Shown piece by piece: positions 1-10,442 of a stretch of 64,000 nt of DNA. Made by a program: the position numbers and the translations under genes. Positions within the stretch are counted from its first letter, which is position 1; every line of letters starts with the position of its first letter. Location: the NCBI GenBank assembly GCA_965223265.1, contig OZ244999.1, positions 2,240,001 through 2,304,000 of the forward strand, read 5' to 3'. The notes under the pieces are model-generated. The model made no database searches. It was not told where the DNA came from and was given only the letters and a program-made list of their open reading frames with translations. The stretch comes from Planctomycetota bacterium (lineage in GTDB: Bacteria; Planctomycetota; UBA8108; SXIK01).

Positions 1-10
1 CGCCTCGAGC

Positions 11-3000
11 TTGGCGGAGACCGTGCGGCGGCTGTACGAAGAACGCTCCGCAGCACGAGGCGCGAAACGCGTCGGACAGGTCATGATTCTCTCGGACGAG
101 GCGACGAACCGTTTGGTGGTCACTGCACCTGCCGACGAATACACGGTCATCGAGGAGATCATCGAGCGCCTCGATGCAGTCAGCAAACGAAGCGCCGGCA
201 CGCGTATCTTCAAGCTGAAAACCGCCGATGCGCAGCAACTCGCGACGATTCTCTCCAGCTCGCTCACTCGACGCGTTGGCAACCGCCAAATCCCGCGTGT
301 CAGCATTGGCGCCGATCGCAAGACGAACACTTTGATCATTTCGGGTGAGCCCGACGATCTGCAGGCGGCAGCGTTGATCGTCGAAGAGTTCGAGGGAATG
401 GACTCCGAGGCACCCGCACTCTTGCGAGTCTATGAAGTCAAAGAGGTCGACGCCGGCAAACTGCGTTCGGATTTGGAGAGACTCTACCGCCGGCAGGCCG
501 AGAATACCCCGAATCTCGGAACGGATGCACTCTTCCATGCTGACTCGGCGACCAACCGGCTGTTCATCATCGCTACGCAGGAGGAGCTTGTACGGATCCA
601 CGAACTGATCGGACAGCTTGACGTCGACCAGGGACCGGACACGCGCCAGCTGCGCGTTTTTACCGTGAGTCGTACATCTGCGGCGTCAGTGTCAGCAATT
701 CTGCAGCAGTTTTTTGTCGAACGCGCGCAGGGCAGCCACGCCGAACGCGTCCGCGTCTCGGCGTCGCCGGACGACCGCACGATCGTCGTCAACGCCCCAG
801 CCGCGATACTCGAGCGCATAGAATCGCTTGTGACCGACCTCGACGGAGAAGGGCGATCGGATCAGCTTGTCTACCGGTCGTACCAACTAAGCGACGGCGA
901 TGCGTCCATCCTCGCCCCGAAACTTGAGCGACTTTTTGCTCAGGAGCTTCAGACACCGACGACAGAGCCGCAGGCACGCTTCGAGGCTGACGTGACTCTG
1001 AATCGTTTACTTGTCGCGGCGAGGGTCGATGAGCTCCCAGAAATCGACCGTTTGGTGAACGAGTTGACCTCGAACGCGCAGCTCTCGTCTCAGGTGCAGA
1101 CGATTCTCCTGCGGGAGAGTAGCGCCACCCAAGTCGTCTCCGTTTTGAAGGAGCTTTTGGCCACTGAGAACAAAGAGCCTGAAGGTGCCCAGGCGCTCAG
1201 GGTCTCAGCCGCTCCAGCGCTCAATGCCGTCGTCGTGCATGGATTACCGCAGCGTATGGCGTTCGCGCGGGAGCTCATCAAGAGCCTCGATCGAGTGCCG
1301 GAAGGCGGCAAAGCCGTTGTGCAAACCGTCAAGCTCAACAGTGCCGAGGCTGTCGGTCTGGCTGCCGCGGTGTCGCAGGCTATCGAGGCACGCGGCTTGA
1401 GCGACCGCACGCGTCGCGTGCGCGTCACCGCAGAGCCGAACTCGAACAGCATCCTGATCGATGGGCCACGCGACGAGGTCAACGAGGTCATAAGAATCAT
1501 CCGAGAACTCGATTCGAGTGCGCGCGGCGGCGGCATCGACGTGCGGATCTACAAGCTTGAAAACGGTCAAGTGCGTGAGGTCTCAGCGACGATGCGGACG
1601 ATGCTCGATCAGATCATTCAGCAGCAGGTGCAGCGTAACCCGGGCATGCCGCGACCACCGTTCGTCGTCTCGGTCGACGAGCGCACCGAGACACTCATCG
1701 TGTACACCACTCCACGGCATTTTCCGATCGTCGAGCAGCTTCTCACGAACCTCGACAAGGCCCCGGAGCGCTCGGCGCGCACCGTTCACTACGTCGCGCT
1801 GGAGAATATCGATGCTCTTCGTGCCGTGCGACAGCTCGAAGCTCTCTATCTCAATCAGAGCTCCGGCGAACGTCCCGTGATCGAAGCCGACTCGCTCGAC
1901 AACTCCCTCACGATCATCGCGAAGACAGCGGATTTGGACGCGATCATCGATCTCGTCGAGCAGCTTGACGCCGCGGCGCCATCGAGTGAGATTCAAGTTC
2001 GTGTCGTACCGCTTGTACAGATGCCGGCGGACCAGATGGCGAGCATGCTCATCAGTCTCTACTCGCAGATGACTGAGAGCGAAGTGCAGCTAAGCGAGAG
2101 ATTGCCGCCCCGTGGAGGAGACGGAGTCTCCCGTGCCACAGACGGACCCACCGGGGCGCCGCCAGTGTCGCCGAGATCGTCCGAACCGTCGGTCACAAAC
2201 GGCGCCGACGAGGCAACTGGAGGAGCAAAAAAAAAAGAGGCTCCCGAAGATACGAACACCGGCAGGGACGGCGGATCTCAGGGGCGTGGAGCTGACACTG
2301 GTCGTGGCGAGTCAGGGGCCGGAAGTGCGGCGCCTGGAGAGCCGGCGGCGGGCACGGAGAAGCAGTCAGGCGACTTGGCGCCACCGTCCGATCCTGCTCG
2401 TCCGGGGGTGACAGAGGCACCCTTGGCTCCGGCGGATAGCACAGCGGATGACCGCGATCCGACGAGCGGGGATGCACCACCGACCGGGGCACGCCGAGGC
2501 GACGATGCGAGGCAAGAGGAGGCAGAGACGCCCAGCCACGCCAAAGTGTTTCTCGCGGTCGACAAGAGTGCCAATGCGATCCTCCTTTCCGGCCCGAGGC
2601 TGGAGCTCGACGTCATCGAGGAGCTCATCGAGGATTTGTCGTTCAACTTCGTCACCGGAGACGCCGAGTTCCGGTTCTTTCGAATCAAGCATGGCAACCC
2701 GACAGCGATCGCGACCGCTCTGGACAACCTCTTCAATTCGAAAACGCCGCGCGTGATCGATCCACGCGGCTTCGTTCAGTTGCCGCCGCCGGTGATTCAG
2801 ATCGCTACAGACCGTCGCCTTCGCAGTGTGATCGTGCGGGCTACGCCTGCAGACTTCACGTTGATTGAATCGATTATCGAGCAGCTCGACAGCGAGGGGG
2901 CGATGTCTGAGCTGAGGTTTCGGTCGTTTCCTCTGCAGCACGCTGACCTTGATGAGATCTTCCCTACGGTTCAGCAGCTCGCCGAGGAGCTTCAAGCCGA

Positions 3001-6000
3001 GAACCCTGGCGAGCCGGTGCGACTGGCGATGGACACGAGATCCGGGGCGATCGTGATTGCCTCGAGACCTCAGATCATCCTTCAATTCGAGCGCTTGATT
3101 CAGACAATCGACCGACCATCGACCTACTCCGCCGCCGAAGTTCTGCTCGTGCCTTTGCGTCAAGCCGATGCTGGCGCCGTCGCCGCCGTTTTGCAGCGCA
3201 TGCTGCAGCCCAGTCCGGGGGCGACCGCGACTCCAGCGGCGCGTGCTCTCCAGGAGCAGGTGCGCCAGTTGAGGATTCGTGACTCCGAGGGCGTGCCTGT
3301 GCTGCTTGATCTCTCGGAGCCGATCAAGATCATGGCCGATTCTGCCGCCGGCCAACCCGGTGGCAATCGACTGATCATCACTTCAACGCCTGGAAATCTG
3401 CGGGCTCTTGAGGCGGTCGTGCAGCTCCTCGACACTGTACCGATCGTCGACGGTGTGAGCGTTCGCCTGGTCAAGCTCAAGCGAGCCGATGCCAACACCG
3501 TTAGCCAGATCGTTCGTGACGTATTCCAACAGGGAGTGCGACTCGGTCTCGGCAGCGCGGGGCCGGGACAACCGGAGTCAGAAGCTGGCCGTGCGTTGAC
3601 GCGTCCGCTGAACGTTTCTGCTGATCGCCGGACCAACACGTTGGTGCTGAGCGGGCATCACGCTGCAGTCGCGCTCGCCTTAGGACTCATCGACGACATG
3701 GACCAGGCTGGGGATCTTTTCTTGACAGAGGTGAAGCTCTTTCCGCTGCGCTACAACTCGGCGCAGCGTCTTTTGCCGCTTCTGCGCTCGGTGTTCTCAG
3801 AGTCTGGTGCCACGCCTGGATCCGAAGGTGTCAGCACCCAGGTCACGCGTCTGCGGACTACCATGCCACAGCTTGAGCCCAAGACGACGGAAGTCGCAAA
3901 GGCGCGCGCACCCCTCACGATTCAAGCCGATGGCGCATCGAATACATTGATCGTTGCAGCGCGTTCGGACAGCATGCCGCTCATCGCCGACATCATCGCG
4001 ACGCTCGATATCCCGGCCGCTGCTCGCTTCGAAAACGTCCGCATTTTTCCTCTGGTGAACGCCAGGGCCCGCGACCTGCAGCAAATGTTGAGCGATCTCG
4101 TGCGGACCTCGACGGTGAGTCCTGCAGATCGACCATCAATCAGTGTCGACCTGCGAACGAACGCACTCGTTGTGGCCGCCTCGGAGCAAGGATTGGTCGT
4201 CATCAGACGGCTTGTCGAAGAGCTGGATCGAGAAGTGGTGGACGGCGTGGAAATGGTGGCGCTGCCTTTGAAGTACAACGATGCGCTTCAGGTCGCGGCC
4301 TCGCTGCGACAACTTTTCAACACGCGCCGCCGCGCGGTGACGCTCGGGGGTGGGCAGGCAGACCCTCGTGATCGAGTGGACGTCCGCGCCGATCGCTTCA
4401 CCAACTCACTTCTCGTCGTCGGCACGAGCGAGAACATCGAGCTTGTCCGGCAGATGCTACTGGATCTCGACGCCGAACCAACGGCCGAAGGGGGCGTGCT
4501 GCACATCTTTGTTCTTCAGCACGCAGACGCGCAGCGCGCAGCGACGATGCTCCGCAATCTGATCCGCCAGGGGCTTTATCGTCCAGGGGCCACATCCGGC
4601 GGCGCACAGGCGACGCGGGAACGTATGGCCGTCACGATCGACCCGCGCGTCAACGCGCTCATCGTTTCTGCTAGTCCCGAAAACTTGGCGATCGTCAAAC
4701 AGCTTGTCGGCCAGATCGACCGTGAGGAGTTTGCCGGTGTTGCTGGAGTCAGGCTCTTCAAGCTCAACCATGCATCCTCCGCTCGATTGGCTCCGATTCT
4801 GCAGCAGTTCTTTACGGCGCGGCGAACAGGCGAGGCGACGGTCGGCGATCCAGAGCGGCTCGTGCCCGTTTTCTTCATGGCCGACAGTCGGACGAATACG
4901 CTGCTTGTGGCCGGCAGCCAAGAGAGCTTTGCCGCGATCGAGCGTATGGTGAAAAAACTCGATGTGCCGGATGTCAGAAGCAACGAGATCTTTCAGGTCT
5001 TTCATCTTCGCCAATCGAGTGCGACGCAGCTGCGCGACACGCTGGACAAGCTCTTCCTCAATCGGCCAGCCGTCCTCGGCAACGTTCCCGTGCAGCCGAT
5101 CACAATTGTTGTCGACACGTGGGCGAACGCTCTGATTGTGCGCGCGTCGGTCGATGACATGGAGATGGTGGCGTCGCTCGTCGAGCGTCTTGATATCGAG
5201 CTCACATCGAGCGGTACGAAAGTCCAAGTGATCTCTCTCGAGAAGGCCAACGCTCAGAGCGTCGCGACGACGATTCGCTCACTCTACGCCTCGGGCGGCG
5301 ACAGCGCACCGGTAGCCATCAGTGTGGACGAGCGACTCAACGCCCTTGTGATTTCTGCCGGAGAAACCGATCAGAAGCGTATCGAAGATCTTGTCCAGAA
5401 GCTCGATTCCGGATCGGTTGCAAACGTCAGCGAGATTCGCGTCTTCACTCTTGAATTCGCCGATTCGGTGCAAGTGGCAGCGCTTCTTTCTGACGTCCTC
5501 ACGAACGCACCGATCAATGACCTCAACACCAATCGCCAGACGCTTCTTCAGTTCATCTCGCAAACGGAAGACGGGGAAGAATTGATCGCTTCGGCGCTGC
5601 AAGAGGGCGTCGTCGTGCTTCCGGATACGCGTACGAATTCGCTTTTGGTTTCGACTCCAGTCGATAGTTTGCCACTTCTCGAACAGCTTGTGCACAGGCT
5701 CGACAGCAGTACGCCGCCGCTCGCCGCGATCAAGGTGTTCACCCTCAAGAATGCCGATGCGCGTCAGATGGCAGAGCTCCTTTTGGACATCTTTCGCTTG
5801 CGTGAACCGGGTGCGAGTGCAGCTCGGTCGATTCGCTATAGCCTTGATCGACGCGGTGGTCAGGACGAAGGCGAGCCAGATGCAGAAGGAATGCAACCGT
5901 TTGAGTCCGCTGATGACTTGGGTGTCGCGACCATCGGTTCGGCAGAGCAGGCTTCGCTTACGGTTACCGTCGACGTTCGCACCAATAGCATTCTGGTCGG

Positions 6001-7279
6001 CGGCAGCGAACAGTATGTCGCCTTCGCCGGGGAAATTATCGAAGAGCTGGATTCCAGTCCAGCGCGTGAGCGACGGACGCAGGTCTATCGCCTGCGTAAC
6101 GCTCAAGCGGAGAGTATACAGACTGCGCTGACGAGTTTTCTTGAGCAGAGCCGTCAGCGCATTACCGAAGCGCTCGGTGTCGAGGCTCTCGGGTCGGCAG
6201 AGCGGCAGCTCGAGGAAGAAGTCGCCATCGTCGCAGAGCCTGTCAGCAACACATTGCTCTTGTCGGCGAGCCCTCGATTTTTCGACGAAATCTACGACAT
6301 GATCGAGGAACTGGATCAGCCAGTGCCACAGGTACTCATCCAGGTGCTGCTCGCCGAAGTGACGCTCGACAGCACGAACGATCTCGGGATCGAATGGATC
6401 ACCTCGGGTGACATCGACGGCACTCCGTTCGAGAGCTCGACCGACTTCGGGGTGCCCCAAGACCTGGACACCGCCGGCGGTCTTGCGGCGTCGATCACAG
6501 GCGGCGACGTGCGGTTCCTGCTCCGTGCTTTGCAGACGGACGGGCGACTCGAAGTGCTGAGTCGTCCCCAGATCCTCGCGACCGACAACCAGCAAGCCGA
6601 GATCAACATCGGGCAAAACGTCCCTCAGATTACAGGCAGTCAGTCGACGGAGCTAGGCAGCGTCAACAACCTCGTCGAGTATCGAAACGTCGGTGTCATT
6701 CTGCGTGTCACGCCGCGGATTTCACCCGACGGTTTCGTCAAGATGGACGTCGAGCCGGAAATCAGCTCCCTCAGTAGTTCGTCGGTCGATTTTGGTACTG
6801 GTGTGACCGCTCCCATTTTCAACGAGCGCAGCGCGACGACAACGGTGAGCGTGCAAAACGGTCACACCATCATCATCGGTGGCCTCATCAGCACCTCGGA
6901 CGATGAGCGAGAGCGCAAGGTCCCGATTCTTGGTGACATTCCTTTCCTGGGGGCGGCATTCCGTAGCCGCAAAATGGAGAAGAGACGGACCGAGCTGCTC
7001 ATTATTTTGACGCCGCACGTGCTCGTCAATGTGGCAGAAGCGGATCGCATTACCGACGACAACATACAAAAATCAGGAATCCAAGGGCAGGAGAAGCGCG
7101 ATGAGATGCAGAAGGCGCTTCTTGACGAGCTGTACGACCTGAACCGACAGCGCGAGCTCGAGGTGAACCAGCCGCACGACGATGTGTCTCCCTTCGTACC
7201 TGGCTCCGAAGACGAGGAGCTGCGGCCGCTTGAGCCGACCCCGGAAGGGCTCGACATCTCACCATTCGTCGACGCGTGA
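11..7279 (+). CDS. Giant GspD/PulD-like secretin with about 24 visible N-domain repeats (probably truncated at the window's 5' edge)
   Basis: Repeated D-x-R-T-N-x-L-x-V ... LD modules. C-terminal secretin core (QVLIQVLLAEV, LSRPQILATDNQQAEINIGQNVP, LRVTPRI, KVPILGDIPFLGAAFR, TELLIILTPHV). The frame is open back to the window start. Confidence 0.9.
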   Translation: MAETVRRLYEERSAARGAKRVGQVMILSDEATNRLVVTAPADEYTVIEEIIERLDAVSKRSAGTRIFKLKTADAQQLATILSSSLTRRVGNRQIPRVSIGADRKTNTLIISGEPDDLQAAALIVEEFEGMDSEAPALLRVYEVKEVDAGKLRSDLERLYRRQAENTPNLGTDALFHADSATNRLFIIATQEELVRIHELIGQLDVDQGPDTRQLRVFTVSRTSAASVSAILQQFFVERAQGSHAERVRVSASPDDRTIVVNAPAAILERIESLVTDLDGEGRSDQLVYRSYQLSDGDASILAPKLERLFAQELQTPTTEPQARFEADVTLNRLLVAARVDELPEIDRLVNELTSNAQLSSQVQTILLRESSATQVVSVLKELLATENKEPEGAQALRVSAAPALNAVVVHGLPQRMAFARELIKSLDRVPEGGKAVVQTVKLNSAEAVGLAAAVSQAIEARGLSDRTRRVRVTAEPNSNSILIDGPRDEVNEVIRIIRELDSSARGGGIDVRIYKLENGQVREVSATMRTMLDQIIQQQVQRNPGMPRPPFVVSVDERTETLIVYTTPRHFPIVEQLLTNLDKAPERSARTVHYVALENIDALRAVRQLEALYLNQSSGERPVIEADSLDNSLTIIAKTADLDAIIDLVEQLDAAAPSSEIQVRVVPLVQMPADQMASMLISLYSQMTESEVQLSERLPPRGGDGVSRATDGPTGAPPVSPRSSEPSVTNGADEATGGAKKKEAPEDTNTGRDGGSQGRGADTGRGESGAGSAAPGEPAAGTEKQSGDLAPPSDPARPGVTEAPLAPADSTADDRDPTSGDAPPTGARRGDDARQEEAETPSHAKVFLAVDKSANAILLSGPRLELDVIEELIEDLSFNFVTGDAEFRFFRIKHGNPTAIATALDNLFNSKTPRVIDPRGFVQLPPPVIQIATDRRLRSVIVRATPADFTLIESIIEQLDSEGAMSELRFRSFPLQHADLDEIFPTVQQLAEELQAENPGEPVRLAMDTRSGAIVIASRPQIILQFERLIQTIDRPSTYSAAEVLLVPLRQADAGAVAAVLQRMLQPSPGATATPAARALQEQVRQLRIRDSEGVPVLLDLSEPIKIMADSAAGQPGGNRLIITSTPGNLRALEAVVQLLDTVPIVDGVSVRLVKLKRADANTVSQIVRDVFQQGVRLGLGSAGPGQPESEAGRALTRPLNVSADRRTNTLVLSGHHAAVALALGLIDDMDQAGDLFLTEVKLFPLRYNSAQRLLPLLRSVFSESGATPGSEGVSTQVTRLRTTMPQLEPKTTEVAKARAPLTIQADGASNTLIVAARSDSMPLIADIIATLDIPAAARFENVRIFPLVNARARDLQQMLSDLVRTSTVSPADRPSISVDLRTNALVVAASEQGLVVIRRLVEELDREVVDGVEMVALPLKYNDALQVAASLRQLFNTRRRAVTLGGGQADPRDRVDVRADRFTNSLLVVGTSENIELVRQMLLDLDAEPTAEGGVLHIFVLQHADAQRAATMLRNLIRQGLYRPGATSGGAQATRERMAVTIDPRVNALIVSASPENLAIVKQLVGQIDREEFAGVAGVRLFKLNHASSARLAPILQQFFTARRTGEATVGDPERLVPVFFMADSRTNTLLVAGSQESFAAIERMVKKLDVPDVRSNEIFQVFHLRQSSATQLRDTLDKLFLNRPAVLGNVPVQPITIVVDTWANALIVRASVDDMEMVASLVERLDIELTSSGTKVQVISLEKANAQSVATTIRSLYASGGDSAPVAISVDERLNALVISAGETDQKRIEDLVQKLDSGSVANVSEIRVFTLEFADSVQVAALLSDVLTNAPINDLNTNRQTLLQFISQTEDGEELIASALQEGVVVLPDTRTNSLLVSTPVDSLPLLEQLVHRLDSSTPPLAAIKVFTLKNADARQMAELLLDIFRLREPGASAARSIRYSLDRRGGQDEGEPDAEGMQPFESADDLGVATIGSAEQASLTVTVDVRTNSILVGGSEQYVAFAGEIIEELDSSPARERRTQVYRLRNAQAESIQTALTSFLEQSRQRITEALGVEALGSAERQLEEEVAIVAEPVSNTLLLSASPRFFDEIYDMIEELDQPVPQVLIQVLLAEVTLDSTNDLGIEWITSGDIDGTPFESSTDFGVPQDLDTAGGLAASITGGDVRFLLRALQTDGRLEVLSRPQILATDNQQAEINIGQNVPQITGSQSTELGSVNNLVEYRNVGVILRVTPRISPDGFVKMDVEPEISSLSSSSVDFGTGVTAPIFNERSATTTVSVQNGHTIIIGGLISTSDDERERKVPILGDIPFLGAAFRSRKMEKRRTELLIILTPHVLVNVAEADRITDDNIQKSGIQGQEKRDEMQKALLDELYDLNRQRELEVNQPHDDVSPFVPGSEDEELRPLEPTPEGLDISPFVDA

Positions 7280-7294
7280 CGACGATTGATCTAG

Positions 7295-7472
7295 CAGCCT
7301 GTTGAAAAAGTGCTTCGAGCCGAAAACTGGTCTCTTCGCGTCCAGATCGGCTGCGGCAAACGGAGGCAATCTTCGGGCCCTCTTTTTTCGATTCTGATGG
7401 CGAGTATTGACGCGGTCGAGCTGGGCGTGAAGAGGCCAGTTTCTTCGGCCGAATGACTTTTTCAACGGGCTG
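7295..7472. mobile_element. MITE family A, copy 1 (IS5/IS1182-like ends), flanked by CTAG
   Basis: Terminal IRs CAGCCTGTTGAAAAAGT / ACTTTTTCAACGGGCTG. CTAG at 7291-7294 and 7473-7476. No transposase. Related copies at 19254, 22363 and 40792. Confidence 0.75.
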
Positions 7473-8028
7473 CTAGCCTCGAGTTTGGCCATTTCGCGCC
7501 GGCCTGGCCGGACGAGTTTCGCGGGGATTCAAAGGCCCTTTCAACTTTTTTGTACCTTGAAAGCCCTTGTGCATGTTCAAAAACTCCTGTCCGGCCCTTC
7601 GGGGAACGCCAGGAGCGCCGATGCCCGCGCCCGTCCTCCGCCACGACCCGAGCGGGATCGCGCCCGAGTCGTTCCTTGGCCTCGACGCTCCTGGCGCTGT
7701 CAGGCTCGACGCGAAATGGCCAAATCCTGAGTTCAAGGAGCCTCGCGGCTCCTCGTTGGCCGCAGGAGCGACCGTCGGACGTGATGGGAAACGCTTCGAT
7801 TTGACGGCGAGGTCAGAGGGAGAGGCAGCGGCGATAAGGCTCACGCGAGGGAGCCCCAGGAGCGGAATCAACCGCGTGAACGGTGTCTGCGACGTGCTGA
7901 GCGCACCGAATCTCGCGTTGGCAGTCGCGCTGGTCACTGTGGGAGCAGACCGGGGGCGCCCCGCCGTTGGCATGGCGGGTTTTCGGGCGCAGTGGGTCGT
8001 TCGGTGGGAGAGTGTTCACGGTGTCTTT

Positions 8029-9159
8029 CTACCGGGAGTCGCGGAAACCGACGCGATGAAAGACGATCGCAATGACATGTAGCCGGCCCCCGCAGCACGA
8101 GCAGAAGGGATGTTCGGTGGGACTGTCCGTCGTCGTCGACGGCGCCGCCCTGGCTCCGTTCGCATCGGAATGAATCTGTGCGCCGTCGGCGGGAGGGTTC
8201 ACTCTAGCGACAAAGACTCGCACCTCGTGGAGGGAGACGGCGCTTTGCGGACTGAGGAATCCGTAGTGACGCACCTTCTGTAGCCCCCGAGGTAGGACGT
8301 GCTGGAGGAAGCGGCGGATGAACTCCAGAGCATCGAGCTCCATGGTCCGCCACCGCCGACTGCCCGACTTCTTCCAGCGAAAGCGAACGCGACCATCGTC
8401 GCAGGAGACGATGCGGGCATTGGAGATCGCTACGCGAAAGACGTAGCGTGATAGATACGTGAGTGTCGACTCGCCGTCACCGACGGCGCGCGAGTCGGTG
8501 ACGAAGTTCTCTGTCCACACCGCAGGCGCAATGTCCTTGAGAAGACCAGCCCGCTGCAGCTCGTGGCGGAATTTGGCGCGAAAGATCTTCGACAGCGCCT
8601 TGACCGGCACGAGAAAGTCGGGGCGCGAGGTGATCCAGCTCGCACCATCGTCGCTCAAGCCGCCGGCCGGCACCAACACGTGCAGGTGCGGGTGATATGC
8701 CAACGCCCGTCCCCAAGTGTGCAGAACCGCGGTGAAGCCAAGGCGCGCCGCACCGAGAAAGCGTGGATCGCGTGCGAGCTTCTGAAGCGATTCAGCGGCG
8801 GCGCGAAAGAGCGCCCGGTAGCAGGCACGCTGCTGCGAGCGCACGAAGGGTCGTAGCGTTGCGGGCAGAGTGAATGTAAGGAGAAAGTAGGGCACCTCGA
8901 GTCGATGCTGTAATTGCTCGGCGAGCCAGCGCACGTTCTTGGAGGACTGACAGCCCGGACAATGGCGGTTGCCGCACGAGCGGGGCGTCCGGTGAGAGCG
9001 AGCGCAGCTCTCGCAGCGCCAGCGCACGTAACCCAGATCGCCAGTGCCACAGGCGCTCAGCAGCGCCAGGACACGACGGTGCTGCAGAGGCACGCTGGAA
9101 CCGTGACACTCCAGATACTCCTCGCCATAGCGCGTGAAAATCTCCGCAAGCGACGCCAC
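8029..9159 (-). CDS. IS91-family Y2 transposase with zinc-binding domain
   Basis: CESC...SCGNRHCPGC zinc motif, TFTLP, HTWG...HPHLH (HUH), YLSRY (YxxxY), RRFLQHVLP..G...VRHYG. Confidence 0.92.
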   Translation of the reverse strand: MASLAEIFTRYGEEYLECHGSSVPLQHRRVLALLSACGTGDLGYVRWRCESCARSHRTPRSCGNRHCPGCQSSKNVRWLAEQLQHRLEVPYFLLTFTLPATLRPFVRSQQRACYRALFRAAAESLQKLARDPRFLGAARLGFTAVLHTWGRALAYHPHLHVLVPAGGLSDDGASWITSRPDFLVPVKALSKIFRAKFRHELQRAGLLKDIAPAVWTENFVTDSRAVGDGESTLTYLSRYVFRVAISNARIVSCDDGRVRFRWKKSGSRRWRTMELDALEFIRRFLQHVLPRGLQKVRHYGFLSPQSAVSLHEVRVFVARVNPPADGAQIHSDANGARAAPSTTTDSPTEHPFCSCCGGRLHVIAIVFHRVGFRDSR

Positions 9160-10073
9160 GGTGCGCTATTGGCCGGCGTTCGTCCTCGCCGCTTTGCCTC
9201 CTCTGAGCGAGGGCGTACCATGAGCGCGTTGATCGTCGCGTGGGCCTGCTCTTCGCCATCACGTGTAAGGTGCAGGTAGATCGACGTAGCCTTGAGCGAC
9301 CTGTGGCCGAGGTACTTCTGGATAACACGGAGGTTGACACCAGCCTCGAGTAAGTGTGTCGCATAGCTGTGGCGCAGAGTGTGGGGCGAAACGCGTTTCT
9401 TGATGCCAAGCTGCGTGGCGACGCGACGCAACGCTGCCTGAGCTGTCTTCCTCGACACGGGCTGCGTGGCCGATCGTCCCTGCTTGTCCCCGCGGCCGCG
9501 GGCGGGGAAAAGAAGTCGCGGGTTGCGATGCGTCTTCCAGTAGCGGCGCAGCGCTTCGAGAGTATCGGGGGGAAGCGGCACATAGCGGTCAGCGGCACCC
9601 TTGCCGCCACGAACGTGCACGAAAGAGCGTGCCGCGTCGACATCTCCTACTTCGAGCGAGATGCCCTCAGAGATCCTCAGGCCAAGGGAGTAGATCATCC
9701 AGAAGCAGGTGCGCCACTGCTGGCTGCAGGTCGCCGCGATGATCTCGTGAACCTCTTCGACGCTGAGGACGTCTGGCAGCTTGGATTCCTTCGGCGTTCG
9801 CAAATCCTCCAGCGTCTTCCAGTCGCGCGGCACCGTGCGTCTGAAGAAAAATCTCAAAGCGCTGTAGGCGATTTTCAAGGACCCGATAGCGAACTGACGC
9901 TCGTGCCTGAGGTGGAAAAGATAGTCGCGGACTTGAGTTTCCGAGAGCGTATCGGGAGACTTGTGATAGTGTTTCGCCAGCTGCCCGACGGCCCAAACGT
10001 AGACCCTGCAGGTACCGTCGGCGAGGCCGGCAAGTTCCAGATCCTGGAGAAACTTTTGGCGAAGAGGCGTCAT
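9057..10073 (-). CDS. Tyrosine recombinase (phage integrase family, SAM-like N-terminus)
   Basis: Catalytic set GLRISE (R), GGKG (K), HTLRH, LGH, TSIY (Y). The N-terminus MTPLRQKF is typical of integrases paired with IS91-like transposases. The ORF overlaps the transposase start by 103 nt. Confidence 0.92.
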   Translation of the reverse strand: MTPLRQKFLQDLELAGLADGTCRVYVWAVGQLAKHYHKSPDTLSETQVRDYLFHLRHERQFAIGSLKIAYSALRFFFRRTVPRDWKTLEDLRTPKESKLPDVLSVEEVHEIIAATCSQQWRTCFWMIYSLGLRISEGISLEVGDVDAARSFVHVRGGKGAADRYVPLPPDTLEALRRYWKTHRNPRLLFPARGRGDKQGRSATQPVSRKTAQAALRRVATQLGIKKRVSPHTLRHSYATHLLEAGVNLRVIQKYLGHRSLKATSIYLHLTRDGEEQAHATINALMVRPRSEEAKRRGRTPANSAPWRRLRRFSRAMARSIWSVTVPACLCSTVVSWRC

Positions 10074-10442
10074 AGCGTGCTCCTTTCTGAGAGGTTGCTT
10101 TCTGCAGAAAGAGCATCATCGACGCCTCGACGCCTTTACGCCTCATCGAACGGGCCGCAGAGCGAGCACACCGGTGGCCCGAGGCGGCCGGCGATCGTCA
10201 CCCAGAACGCCTGAACGAACCGGGCCTGCCGCGAAGCGGCTTCCTTGAACTCGAGGCTAGCGCAGACGGCGTCCCATTCATCCGTAGGCGTCGCGAGCAT
10301 AGGGCGTTGCCATGTTGCGACGCTTACGGATAATTGCGGCGCGGTGACGGCCGCAGTTCGTGGCCGTCTGGCGCGCCAATCGCCGCCAGTCGCGACGAGA
10401 CTCAACGAATGAATACGCTCAACGAACCAACACGAGAATGCG

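Larger units (their letters stand above)
7725..10249 (-). mobile_element. Two-gene tyrosine recombinase + IS91-like (Y2/HUH) element
   Basis: Boundaries defined by the interrupted MITE-B IR. Inverted TTCAAGGA (7732-7739) and TCCTTGAA (10242-10249). Subterminal hairpin GCCGCGAAGCGGC (10228-10240). No target duplication. Confidence 0.8.
7477..10256. mobile_element. MITE family B, copy 1 (7477-7724 plus 10250-10256), right IR interrupted by the integrase/Y2 element
   Basis: Left IR CCTCGAGTTTGGCCATTTCGCG. Right IR is split into CGCGAAATGGCCAAA (7710-7724) and CTCGAGG (10250-10256), followed by CTAG. An intact copy lies at 22104-22358. Confidence 0.75.

Noticed and set aside
5279-6616. 445-aa - strand ORF (and similar ones at 2366-3355, 43194-44177, 45963-47477)
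   Set aside because: Antisense to well-supported genes.
7462-8082. Short ORFs shared with 21.7-22.4 kb
   Set aside because: They read through MITE sequence and have no coding signature.
9057-10073. Integron integrase
   Set aside because: No IntI-specific insertion is evident, there is no attC cassette array, and the gene is coupled to a Y2 transposase.
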